Source: Simkaniaceae bacterium
GTDB taxonomy: Bacteria; Chlamydiota; Chlamydiia; Chlamydiales; Simkaniaceae
Reading direction: 5' to 3'
Assembly (NCBI GenBank): GCA_050248615.1
Contig: JBFWSA010000007.1
Location: forward strand, 1 to 64,000
Length of the DNA: 64,000 nucleotides
Positions 1 to 9,406 of the stretch are shown here, piece after piece (the stretch's first letter is position 1; every line of letters starts with the position of its first letter). Both the position numbers and the translations under genes were made by a program. Below the pieces are notes generated by a model, which was not told where the DNA came from, made no database searches, and was given only the letters and a program-made list of their open reading frames with translations.

Positions 1-1
1 T

Positions 2-106
2 ATTCAAGCTGCTGAATGGCGTCAAAAACTACCGGTAGAGTGGCGTAATCAATCGATTACTGATTACTTTACTCATTTAAAACAGATTCAGTATCCCATA
101 ATGTAA
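2..106 (+). CDS. 3' end of a CDS entering from the left edge (…IQAAEWRQKLPVEWRNQSITDYFTHLKQIQYPIM*), product unknown
   Basis: Open frame from base 2 to TAA at 104-106, translated manually. Confidence 0.6.
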   Translation: MQAAEWRQKLPVEWRNQSITDYFTHLKQIQYPIM

Positions 107-107
107 A

Positions 108-347
108 TTAAGCGCCTAGGGGAGCGTTGGGGTTATCTTTTTTCCTCTTTTTGTTCACCCGTTCGCGGAGCCCTTCTAGAAAGGTGAAGACGATCGGGGT
201 GAAGTAGAGGGTAAGAATTTGAGAGATGATGAGCCCACCGACAATGACGAGTCCAAGGGGTCGGGGGGACTGGGCTGTGAAGTCTCCTATCTCGAGGGCA
301 ATCGGTACAGCTTCATCATGGCGGCAAAGGTTGTCATGAGGATGGGA
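108..347 (-). pseudogene. Orphan, degenerate duplicate of the last ~240 bp of the RND permease gene (copy of 1841-2081)
   Basis: 108-236 matches 1841-1969 with 1 mismatch; 237-347 has ~15 substitutions and a 1-bp deletion. Confidence 0.92.
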
Positions 348-544
348 AGAGAGGTGTGGGGGATTATAATCGTCTCCTTCAGATAGAAGAGACAGGTTCT
401 TTGGGAAATGTTGATTTTCAATAACTTAAAACATGTTTTTTCGATTCTATTTTTAATCTAATAATTATTAATTATTTATTTCAAATATAATATAAATATT
501 TAAATTTAAAATAATTTTTGTTATAATATTAATTAAAATAAAAA

Positions 545-1222
545 ATGGAGATAATAATGAGTTTTTTATCATCCGTAGGAAGTTACGTCGGTTCATTCTT
601 TACGAGAGAATCTGCCTATGCAGTTGGGATTACAGGAGCCTGTACAGCAGGCTTAAAAATCCTCTATGAAGCGAGTGATTATTTAGGACAGAGAGCCTTC
701 TCTATGTCGGGAGGAAGGGTTTCACTGCACAATATCATTCCTGAAAGCTTGAAGGACAGATGTCGTCTCGTCGGAGATTTTTTTCGATATAATGTCATTA
801 CACCCATTGGGATGAATGCTCCTCGCATTGGGTTTATTAATGATCGATTACCTTTAACTGATTATTACCCCTTAAGCTCAACTGTCGGAGCTTGTCCTAT
901 TATTGAAGAGGGGATATTCAGAGCCCTTCCTCTTGCTTTCGTCGAGCTCATGAGGCAGTTTCCCAGCATGAACGAAAGAGTGATTGAGCTAGGAGGCGTT
1001 GGGGCTTCAACAGCTGATATTACGAATGTAGCTATCCTGTTTTTTCAAGCCGTTTGTTTTACCTATTATCATGAAAATGAAAGTGGAACGAACAGGCTTC
1101 AACCGGGACGTGCTGCAGGGATTCTCCTGAGTGGCGTTGCCTATTATCTCATTGCTGAAAATTTTGGAGTTGGGACAGCGATCCTTGCGCATGCCAGTTA
1201 CAACTTAAGCTCTTTCCTGTAA
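545..1222 (+). CDS. CPBP (Abi/CAAX-type) intramembrane glutamic endopeptidase-like protein
   Basis: EEGIFR, FTYYH and AHASYN match the CPBP EExxxR, FxxxH and HxxxN motifs; hydrophobic helices; GGAGA RBS before alternative ATG 557. Confidence 0.7.
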   Translation: MEIIMSFLSSVGSYVGSFFTRESAYAVGITGACTAGLKILYEASDYLGQRAFSMSGGRVSLHNIIPESLKDRCRLVGDFFRYNVITPIGMNAPRIGFINDRLPLTDYYPLSSTVGACPIIEEGIFRALPLAFVELMRQFPSMNERVIELGGVGASTADITNVAILFFQAVCFTYYHENESGTNRLQPGRAAGILLSGVAYYLIAENFGVGTAILAHASYNLSSFL

Positions 1223-1231
1223 TAAATAGGA

Positions 1232-1594
1232 CTAACCAAAAAGCCAGGAGTATACTTTTGAAAGTAGTCCATTAGAGGGCGGGTAGTAAAGAGGGGTCTC
1301 AGTAGCTAATTTACATGTCTGGCGCAGTTCATCTGTCAGCATGCTGGAGGCTGTATCAACAAGAGCGGTTTGTTTTGCTGGGTCCCAAGAAGAGTAAGAT
1401 TCAAATTGAATCTTCACATCGTTTAACGCAGCTGCAATAAAGCCGCTAGAAAATGTCCCAAACTCATGAGAAGTGAACGTGGCGTTCACATCAAAGCCGA
1501 GAGCAATTCCCTTTTGTTTAAAGGCATCTGCAACAAAAAAACTTTTTACAGTTTGTCTTAAAAGATCTGATTCTATAGGGCTTAACTGACTCAT
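1232..1594 (-). CDS. Hypothetical protein (120 aa)
   Basis: ATG start with AAGGAA upstream; convergent with 545-1222; no recognised motif. Confidence 0.65.
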   Translation of the reverse strand: MSQLSPIESDLLRQTVKSFFVADAFKQKGIALGFDVNATFTSHEFGTFSSGFIAAALNDVKIQFESYSSWDPAKQTALVDTASSMLTDELRQTCKLATETPLYYPPSNGLLSKVYSWLFG

Positions 1595-1671
1595 TTTTTC
1601 ATTCCTTTCCCATTTTTGGGAAAGATCATCAAGGAAATGGGGATTAAAGTCAAGGACAGGCCCTATTCTGT

Positions 1672-1829
1672 CAGGGCTAACGCATTAAAATTTGTTGCTT
1701 AAGCTCTTCCTAGGGAAAATTTCCACGTTGCCTTGCTTCGACAACCCCTGGCAGGGTTGCCTGCATCAGGCGCCTTGAACTTTCCTCCTAGGAATCACTT
1801 CTTCAACAAATTTTAATGCGTTAGCCCTG
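1672..1829. mobile_element. MITE family B (158 bp), ISAs1-like CAGGG ends
   Basis: Perfect 26-bp TIR CAGGGCTAACGCATTAAAATTTGTTG; flanks CCTATTCTGT / CCTATTCTTC (8/10 direct repeat); internal fold-back. Confidence 0.85.
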
Positions 1830-1840
1830 CCTATTCTTCA

Positions 1841-4800
1841 TTAAGCACCTAGGGGAGCGTTGGGGTTATCTTTTTTCCTCTTTTTGTTCACCCGTTCGCG
1901 GAGCCCTTCTAGAAAGGTGAAGACGATCGGGGTGAAGTAGAGGGTAAGAATTTGAGAGATGATGAGCCCTCCGACAATGACGAGTCCGAGGGGACGACGG
2001 GATTGGGCTGTAGAACCTCCTACCCCGAGGGCAATCGGTACAGCTCCCATCATGGCAGCAAAGGTTGTCATAAGGATGGGACGGAAACGGGTGCAGCAGG
2101 CTTCATAAATGGCATCGTGGAGGTTTTTCCCTTCGTTGATCCCTTCATTGGCAAAGTCGACAAGCATGATGCCATTTTTGAGTACGATCCCGAGCAACAT
2201 AATGATTCCGATAAAGGCATAGAGAGAAAGGGGCTCTCCAAAGATCATCAGGGTGACGACAGCGCCGAGTCCTGCGGGAGGAAGGGCTGACATCACGGTT
2301 AAGGGGTGGATAAAGTTTTCATAGAGAATACCTAAAATGACATAGATTGCAAAGATGGTGATAACAAACAGAAAGGAGAGGCTCTGGAAGGATTGTTGAA
2401 ACACTTGGCTTGAGCCAATTTGTATGGCATGCACATCAGAGGAGAGGTTAGCACTGGCGATGGTATCGAGTTTGGCAAGGGCTGTTCCTAAGGGAACCCC
2501 TTTAGCTAAGTCATAGGAGATAGTGACGGAGGGGAGGGTGTTGATATGGGCAACGCTTAAGGGGCCCACGGTTTCAGTCCATTTGCAGACGGCGCCGAGG
2601 GGGACTTGTGTGGGATAGGCCTGGCCGGTGTCATTATTTTTATCGGTGGTTTGAACAGGAGTTACAGAGGTGGCTGAGATGTAGAGTTTATCAAGGACGC
2701 TGGGATCTTTATAGGCGCTGGGGACTGTCTCGATAATGACATAATACTGATCAGACGTCCCATTGATCTGGGAGAGCTTGCCTCCTGAGTAGGCATACTG
2801 AAAGGCCAATTCAATGGCATTTGCAGAAATATTCAGATCATAGGCGCGGTCCCGATCAATCTTGACATCTAAGTAAGGGGCGTCGTTATGCATATCGCTG
2901 ATGACCTGGGTAAACTCAGGGGATTGGCGCATGGCTGCTACGACTTTGGCACCATCGTTATAAAGGGTGGTGCTCTCCAGCCCTTGCAGGGTGTATTGGT
3001 AGTTTCCCATACTTGTTGAGGTGCCGACATCTAAGTTAATAAGGGGGATGGGGCGGAGGAAAATGCGTACACCGGGAACTTGGCGGAGTTTGGCAAGGAG
3101 CTCATGAACGGTTCCCCCCATACTCATCCGTTCATTGTAAGGTTTAAGACGGATAAACATGAGAGATTGATTGGCGTTTGGGATAGCTCCTACAGCGACT
3201 AAATCTTCCACATTAGGGTCGTTTTTAACAATAGCGGAGAGTTTTTCTTGATAGTCCATCATTTGAAAAGGGGACGTGGGGTCGGAAGCGACAGCAAACC
3301 CTTGAATGAAGCCGAGGTCATCACTGGGGAAAAAGTCTGTGGGGAGGGAAAGACCCAAATAGACGGTTCCAAAAACGGATGCAACACCCGCAAGTAGGGT
3401 GAAATAGCGGTGTCTAAAGACAACATTGAGCCCTTTTTTATAGAGGTTCAAAAGTCCTGTATTGAGTTTTTCAGAGACACGTTCGATCCAATTTTTTTTC
3501 CCTGCTTGGTGGGGGGCAATGAAACGGCTACAGAGCATGGGAGTGAGGGAGAGAGAAATAAAACCAGAGATTAATACGGCTGTCACAATGGTGATCGCAA
3601 ACTCTCGAAAAATCCGTCCCATAATGCCGGCCATAAACACCATCGGGATAAAAACGCAGGCGAGGGAAAGGGTCATCGAGAGAATGGTAAAGCTGATTTG
3701 TTTTGATCCGTTTAAGGAAGCCTCCCATGTCGATTTTCCCATTTCGGAGTGGCGGTTGATATTTTCTAAGACGACGATGGCATCGTCAACCAGGAAGCCG
3801 ATGGAGAGGGTGATGGCCATTAGGGAGAGGATATCGATATTGAACCCATAAAGGTACATGAAGGCAAAGGTTCCTACCACAGACATGGGAAGGGCTAAGA
3901 GGGGGATGACGGTATCTCGCACTTTTCCTAAATAGAAAAGGACGACTAAGACCACTAGAATGAATGCAATAATAAGGGTAAACTGGACGTCGTGAACAGC
4001 TTCCATAATCCACTGAGACTGGTCGAATAAGAGGTCTACTTCAATGGATTGGGGGAGTTCCCACTTGAGTTGTTTTAAGAGGGTTTTCACTCCATCGATT
4101 ACTTTAATCGTATTGGCTCCCGCTTGTTTAATAATTGCAATGACGACACAAGGGGTTGATTTCTCTTTGGTGATGTAATTTAGCGAGTACTTGTCGTTTT
4201 GGAGGGAGTTGAGAGCGTGTCCGACATCTTTGACTTTTAGGAGGGCATGATTGTTGTTGCGAATGATGAGGTTATTGTACCCTTCGGCGGTGTCCATTTG
4301 TCCATCGACTTGAATGGTGTATTCCACCCCGGGGCCATAGAGGTTTCCAACGGGCATTTCTGGGTTGCTATTGACGATCGCATTGGCGACTTCATTGATC
4401 CCTATTTGATGGGCCGATAGGTAATCGGGATCGACTTGGACCCGAACGGCAAAGGGGGAGCCGTAGACATCCACATCAGAGACCCCATCGACCATTCCTA
4501 GGCGTCGCCCCATGAGAGAGTAGGCATAGTCATAAAGTTCTCCCCGGGACATAAGATCTGAGGAGATCGAAATATAGAGGACGGGGGTTTGCGCGGGGTT
4601 GGTTTTCTGATAGGTGGGGAAGTTGGGGAGGTCGTCGGGTAAATTGGGTTGGGCTTGGTTGATGGCAGCTTGGACATCGGTGGCTGCTGAATCGATGTCC
4701 CGGTCGAGGTTGAATTGCAAAACAATGGTTGAGGATCCATTGGAGCTCGAGGAGGCAATCGTTTGAATCCCTTCGACAGAGGTGAACTGTCTTTCTAAGG

Positions 4801-4996
4801 GGGAAGTGACGGTGTCTGCCATTGTTTGAGGGCTAGCACCCGGGTAGTTCGTTGTGACTTCAATAGTGGGGAATTCGACGTCGGGTAAGTCACTGACAGG
4901 GAGTCCCTGATAGGCGAGAATTCCAAAAAAAAGAATGGAAAGCATGACTAAGGTTGTCATGACAGGACGACGGATAAAAATTTCAGAGATATTCAC
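1841..4996 (-). CDS. RND efflux permease (MdtB/MdtC-like HAE1 family)
   Basis: 1051 aa; FIRRPV N-terminus, GFLVDDAIVVLENI, RFRPILMTT motifs. Confidence 0.95.
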   Translation of the reverse strand: MNISEIFIRRPVMTTLVMLSILFFGILAYQGLPVSDLPDVEFPTIEVTTNYPGASPQTMADTVTSPLERQFTSVEGIQTIASSSSNGSSTIVLQFNLDRDIDSAATDVQAAINQAQPNLPDDLPNFPTYQKTNPAQTPVLYISISSDLMSRGELYDYAYSLMGRRLGMVDGVSDVDVYGSPFAVRVQVDPDYLSAHQIGINEVANAIVNSNPEMPVGNLYGPGVEYTIQVDGQMDTAEGYNNLIIRNNNHALLKVKDVGHALNSLQNDKYSLNYITKEKSTPCVVIAIIKQAGANTIKVIDGVKTLLKQLKWELPQSIEVDLLFDQSQWIMEAVHDVQFTLIIAFILVVLVVLFYLGKVRDTVIPLLALPMSVVGTFAFMYLYGFNIDILSLMAITLSIGFLVDDAIVVLENINRHSEMGKSTWEASLNGSKQISFTILSMTLSLACVFIPMVFMAGIMGRIFREFAITIVTAVLISGFISLSLTPMLCSRFIAPHQAGKKNWIERVSEKLNTGLLNLYKKGLNVVFRHRYFTLLAGVASVFGTVYLGLSLPTDFFPSDDLGFIQGFAVASDPTSPFQMMDYQEKLSAIVKNDPNVEDLVAVGAIPNANQSLMFIRLKPYNERMSMGGTVHELLAKLRQVPGVRIFLRPIPLINLDVGTSTSMGNYQYTLQGLESTTLYNDGAKVVAAMRQSPEFTQVISDMHNDAPYLDVKIDRDRAYDLNISANAIELAFQYAYSGGKLSQINGTSDQYYVIIETVPSAYKDPSVLDKLYISATSVTPVQTTDKNNDTGQAYPTQVPLGAVCKWTETVGPLSVAHINTLPSVTISYDLAKGVPLGTALAKLDTIASANLSSDVHAIQIGSSQVFQQSFQSLSFLFVITIFAIYVILGILYENFIHPLTVMSALPPAGLGAVVTLMIFGEPLSLYAFIGIIMLLGIVLKNGIMLVDFANEGINEGKNLHDAIYEACCTRFRPILMTTFAAMMGAVPIALGVGGSTAQSRRPLGLVIVGGLIISQILTLYFTPIVFTFLEGLRERVNKKRKKDNPNAPLGA

Positions 4997-6102
4997 GAAT
5001 CTTCCTCACTTGTCATCACGCTGACTTTAACACCGGGGTAGAGATTGATCTGCCCCTCGGTGACGACTTTTTCACCCGCTTTCACCCCTTGGGTAATGAC
5101 AATCGTATTGTTTTCTTGCATCTGCCCCACTGTGACTTTTCGCATTTCTACGGTTTGATTTCCTTTGACAACATAAACATATTTGCCATTAGAGCTGTTT
5201 TGCACGGCTTCAAAGGGAACTAAAACAGCATTTTCAAGGGTGTCTAGAATGAGTTTGACATTGATATACTGGTTGGGCCACATCACTTTGTCTGTATTGG
5301 GAAAGGTGGCTTTGAGTTTGATCATCCCTGTTGAAAGGTCGACACCATTATCGATAAAGGTTAAGGTTCCTTCATAGGTGGGGGACTCTGGATCATCGAC
5401 AGTGGCATAGGTTTTGAGATCTTGATATTTGGCTTGGTACCTTTGGACTTTTGGCAAGTCTTTCTCATTGATAAAGAAGGTCCCATAGATGGGTGTGATT
5501 TGGTTTAAGGTGACAAGGGTTGTTTCAGCACTTTCTAAGATGAGGTTGCCATCCCGAACAAAGCTCTCTCCTGCACGAGCATCTAGAGGGGAGTAGATGG
5601 TGGTGTAGCTTAAATTGATTTTTGCATTTTCGACATCGGCGCGACTTTGTGTGACTTGGGCATCATCCACGAGAACGGTTGTGACGAGGTTGTCATAGTC
5701 ATTTTGAGAGATGTATTCATCACGGACAAGCTGGGAGTTTCTTTCAGCTGTTCGCTCAGCATACCCTAAACTTGCTATGCTTTCGGCTAGTTCCCCTTCA
5801 GCTTTTTCTAAATCGGCTAAATAGGGGCGCTGATCAATGAGATAGAGGAGTTCTCCTTGTTTGATATCAGCTCCGTCTGCAAAGTAGGTTTTCATGAGAA
5901 GTCCATTGACTTGACCCATGATATTAACCGTTTGATAAGCCTCTACATGCCCGACAGTTGAGATATAGCTGGGGACATCTTTAGAGATGGCGCGCGCGAT
6001 TTTGACCGGCATGGGTTTGGGTTCTGCTTGCTGCTGTTTTTTAGAGCAGCTAAAGGTCATCAAAGAGAGGATGAAAATAGCGCTATAGAGAAGGTTTCTC
6101 AT
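4993..6102 (-). CDS. RND periplasmic adaptor (membrane fusion) lipoprotein
   Basis: Lipobox-like TFSC; YTTIYSPLDA lipoyl region, GTLTFIDNGVD, GEKVVTEGQ; 4-bp overlap with the permease. Confidence 0.93.
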   Translation of the reverse strand: MRNLLYSAIFILSLMTFSCSKKQQQAEPKPMPVKIARAISKDVPSYISTVGHVEAYQTVNIMGQVNGLLMKTYFADGADIKQGELLYLIDQRPYLADLEKAEGELAESIASLGYAERTAERNSQLVRDEYISQNDYDNLVTTVLVDDAQVTQSRADVENAKINLSYTTIYSPLDARAGESFVRDGNLILESAETTLVTLNQITPIYGTFFINEKDLPKVQRYQAKYQDLKTYATVDDPESPTYEGTLTFIDNGVDLSTGMIKLKATFPNTDKVMWPNQYINVKLILDTLENAVLVPFEAVQNSSNGKYVYVVKGNQTVEMRKVTVGQMQENNTIVITQGVKAGEKVVTEGQINLYPGVKVSVMTSEEDS

Positions 6103-7564
6103 GACGACTTTCCTTATTTTCGATCGTTTGAATATAGGGGTTTATTTCATGTTTGCTGGGAGGGAAAAGGATCCCTGTAGCAAAAGCAAGATTGGCAATT
6201 GAGGTATACCAGTTATTTTGGGTTTGGGCGAGTTGTGAGCGGGCGTTAGCCACTGCCGTTTGGGCGTTGATGAGGTCTACAATCGTTCCCGTTCCCACTT
6301 TATATTTTTTTAGGCTCACTTTATAGTCTTCTTCAGCCGATTCTAGATAAGCTTTGGCATACTCGATCGATTCTTGGGCATAACTGACATCACTTCGAAA
6401 ATTGGAGACTTCTTGGATAATAGCGAGTTTGACTTGGTCGAGTGATGCCCGTGCATCTTCAAGATTAGCGCGGGCGACTTTAATCGTATTTTCGATATAA
6501 AACCCTTGAAAAATCGGGAAGGTTAAGTTGACTTGCGCTGTGAAGTCATAGTTATCTGTGATCCCATTATAATAGGTCCTTCCAATATCAAATTCTCCTG
6601 TCACAACAGGGAATTTTTGCAAACGCGCTGCTTTAAAAGTGGCTTCATTTGATTTGACTAAGGCTTCTGCTGCGAGTAAATCGGGGCGGTTTTCATTGGC
6701 TTTGACAATCAACCGGTCGAGTCTTTCAAGCTCAAAGGGGACGATCTCTTCGGGATAATTCTCAAAATAGTAGACACCATCTGCCGGAAGGCCCATGTCG
6801 TTCACAAGTTTAGTATACGCATTGTGCAATACTTGCTTTTGGTTGACGACGTTTAACTTTTGCTCAAGATAGCTGGTTTTGGCTTGCACGATATCTGAAA
6901 CATCAGCGAGTCCTTGTCGAAACTTTTCTTCGGTTGCATCTAGTGAGGTTTTCGCGTTGATCACATCTTGTTCCGTACTAAATAGGAGCTGCTTTTGGTA
7001 GAGATAGTTGTAGTAGTCGATCATGAGGGTTTGGATGGTTTGTTGGATTTGGCTGTTGTGAGACCAGTCTGCATTAAATAGGGATTGGAGAGCGGCTTCA
7101 CTGGTCATGCGCGTTTGCCCAAAGTCTAAGATGCGGTAGGTAAGCTCAAGCTGTCCTCCATATTCGGTTTCGTAAATGATCATCCTTTGTGGGCCTGTAA
7201 ACTGGGCAAAACGGGTGCGTATATAACTCGCATCTCCTTCGGCAAGAATGAAAAAATCTTGCAGGGATTGTCCATACTCTGCAGCACTCACTCGCGCTAA
7301 GGCCCAACTCTGCTTTGTTTCGGGGTTTTTGGCTAAAGAGATATCGATGATTTCGGCTAGGGTGAGGGGGGACTCTTTGGAAAACACGTGATAATCTTCA
7401 ACTTCCCGTTCTAAATCCTGAGTGGGGAGGCGTCTTTGGGCTTTAAGAGGAGGATTCCACACGCTCTGGGGTGCATGAGGAGCATAGGAATAGGGATCGT
7501 TGGCTCCTTTGATATCGCAGCTAGAGCAGAGAAGAAGAAGACTCACTAGGAGTAAATATACCAT
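6083..7564 (-). CDS. TolC-family outer membrane efflux lipoprotein
   Basis: Signal/lipobox; tandem OEP repeats (KFRQGLADVSD, KYKVGTGTIVD); first gene of the efflux operon. Confidence 0.9.
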   Translation of the reverse strand: MVYLLLVSLLLLCSSCDIKGANDPYSYAPHAPQSVWNPPLKAQRRLPTQDLEREVEDYHVFSKESPLTLAEIIDISLAKNPETKQSWALARVSAAEYGQSLQDFFILAEGDASYIRTRFAQFTGPQRMIIYETEYGGQLELTYRILDFGQTRMTSEAALQSLFNADWSHNSQIQQTIQTLMIDYYNYLYQKQLLFSTEQDVINAKTSLDATEEKFRQGLADVSDIVQAKTSYLEQKLNVVNQKQVLHNAYTKLVNDMGLPADGVYYFENYPEEIVPFELERLDRLIVKANENRPDLLAAEALVKSNEATFKAARLQKFPVVTGEFDIGRTYYNGITDNYDFTAQVNLTFPIFQGFYIENTIKVARANLEDARASLDQVKLAIIQEVSNFRSDVSYAQESIEYAKAYLESAEEDYKVSLKKYKVGTGTIVDLINAQTAVANARSQLAQTQNNWYTSIANLAFATGILFPPSKHEINPYIQTIENKESRHEKPSL

Positions 7565-7692
7565 TTACTAAATACCTCTCTTTTGATGTTATTAATGTAA
7601 AAAAGTTTTTTTATCAAAGCGAAAGAATACAAAATAAAAATTGTGGGAATATCTATCCAGGCGTAGGATGTGAAGTGTAAAAGTAGGCTTCT

Positions 7693-9381
7693 ATGAATAA
7701 AGCATCTTATTTCAAAGAGTTTATCCCCAAGTCTTGGATTTGTTTGAAAAACAACTATTCCTTTTCTTTATTCAAAAGTGATTTGGCTGCGGGAATAACG
7801 GTAGGGGTGGTTGCCCTTCCCCTTGCGATGGCTTTTGCCATTGCTTCGGGTGTTTCGCCTGTAAGTGGGTTATACACAGCGATTATTGCCGGTTTTTTGA
7901 TTTCTTTACTGGGGGGGAGTTATTCACAAATTGGGGGACCGACTGGTGCCTTTGTTGTTATCATCTATAACATTGTTCAAAATCATGGGTATGAAGGACT
8001 GGTTTTAGTTACCTTAATTGCGGGGGTCATCCTATTAATTGCAGCGTTTTCTCGTCTGGGTTCATTGATCAAATATATTCCTTACCCCCTAGTAATTGGA
8101 TTTACTTCTGGCATTGCTGTCCTGATCTTTTCTTCTCAGATCAAAGATTTTTTAGGTCTCCACATCGAAAATCTTCCTGTGGAATTTATCCCGAAATGGA
8201 TCACTATTTTTTCGGCTTTACCGAGTTGGAATCCTAGTACTTTTGGGGTGGCACTGAGTACGCTACTGATTATCCTTCTGATCCGGAGGTTTTTTCCGGT
8301 TGTTCCGTGGGGAATTACCGCGATTGTGATTACAGGATTCTTCTCTTGGTTCCTTCATCTTCCTGTTGAAACGATTGCGAATCGTTTTGGAGAGATTCCT
8401 CGAGAGTTTCCCTCTTTGTCCTTCCCCCATTTTTCTATGCATTTAGGTAAATGGCATAGTTTGATCCCCGAAGCTCTGACGGTTGCTTTTCTAGCAGGGA
8501 TTGAATCGTTACTTTCGGCCCTAGTAGCAGATGGAATGACGGGAAGGAGACATAAGTCTAACTGTGAGCTCATGGCGCAAGGGGTTGCCAATATTGCCTC
8601 TGTATTATTTGGAGGTATTCCTGCAACAGGAGCGATTGCGCGCACAGCAACAAGCATTAAAACAGGCTCTAAAACCCCTTTTGCGGGAGTGATTCATGCA
8701 TTAACCCTTCTCCTCATTATCTTTGCTTTTGCCCCTCTCGTCAGTCAGGTTCCTCTCGCTTCACTTTCTGCTGTGTTAATCATGGTCGCCTGGAATATGA
8801 GTGAGGTGCACCATTTTCGCCACTTGTTTAAAGCCCCTTCTTATGACATTGTGATCCTTCTCACAACGTTTATTCTTACGATCTTAGTCGATTTAACGGT
8901 CGCTGTAGGGGTGGGGATGGTTCTGTCAGCCTTTTTATTTATGAAAAGGATTGGTGAGGTCTCGAAAATTGCTCCTCTCTACTTTACGAAAGAGTTAGAA
9001 TTGGAGGCTGAGGAATTTAATAAAGAGTCTTTTGAAAAAAATGCAGTTCCTCCTGGCGTTGAAATTTATGAGATTTCAGGCCCTTTTTTCTTTGGGCTGG
9101 CAGATAGTTTAAGAGATGTGCTCCCTCAGCTTAAATCCAAAGCGAAAGTCTTTATTTTGCGGATGCGAAAAGTTCCTGTGATCGATGCCAGCGGCATGCA
9201 TGCCCTTCGAGAGTTTTATTATCGGTGTCAGAAAGATAAAACTGTGCTATTGCTTTCAGGAGTGAATGAGTCTGTTCTTAAATCTTTGAGAAAGTTTGGT
9301 TTAACAGAGCTTATCCATGAAGAGTTCATTTTCCCTCATATTGATCTAGCCTTAAAAAAATCGATTGAAATTAGCGGATGA
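7693..9381 (+). CDS. sulP: SulP/SLC26 anion permease with C-terminal STAS domain
   Basis: DLAAGITVGVVALPLAMAFA, IGGPTGAF, GGIPATGAIART; STAS motif VPVIDASG. Confidence 0.95.
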   Translation: MNKASYFKEFIPKSWICLKNNYSFSLFKSDLAAGITVGVVALPLAMAFAIASGVSPVSGLYTAIIAGFLISLLGGSYSQIGGPTGAFVVIIYNIVQNHGYEGLVLVTLIAGVILLIAAFSRLGSLIKYIPYPLVIGFTSGIAVLIFSSQIKDFLGLHIENLPVEFIPKWITIFSALPSWNPSTFGVALSTLLIILLIRRFFPVVPWGITAIVITGFFSWFLHLPVETIANRFGEIPREFPSLSFPHFSMHLGKWHSLIPEALTVAFLAGIESLLSALVADGMTGRRHKSNCELMAQGVANIASVLFGGIPATGAIARTATSIKTGSKTPFAGVIHALTLLLIIFAFAPLVSQVPLASLSAVLIMVAWNMSEVHHFRHLFKAPSYDIVILLTTFILTILVDLTVAVGVGMVLSAFLFMKRIGEVSKIAPLYFTKELELEAEEFNKESFEKNAVPPGVEIYEISGPFFFGLADSLRDVLPQLKSKAKVFILRMRKVPVIDASGMHALREFYYRCQKDKTVLLLSGVNESVLKSLRKFGLTELIHEEFIFPHIDLALKKSIEISG

Positions 9382-9398
9382 AGTGCCCTTCACCCGCC
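9375..9398. terminator. Hairpin between convergent sulP and methyltransferase-ligase genes
   Basis: GCGGATGAAG-tgcc-CTTCACCCGC stem; weak U tracts. Confidence 0.35.
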
Positions 9399-9406
9399 TT
9401 ATAGAA

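Noticed and set aside
1952..5377. Antisense and alternate-frame ORFs inside the efflux operon, and similar shadow ORFs across the window
   Set aside because: They are fully nested in well-supported genes and have no motifs or RBS
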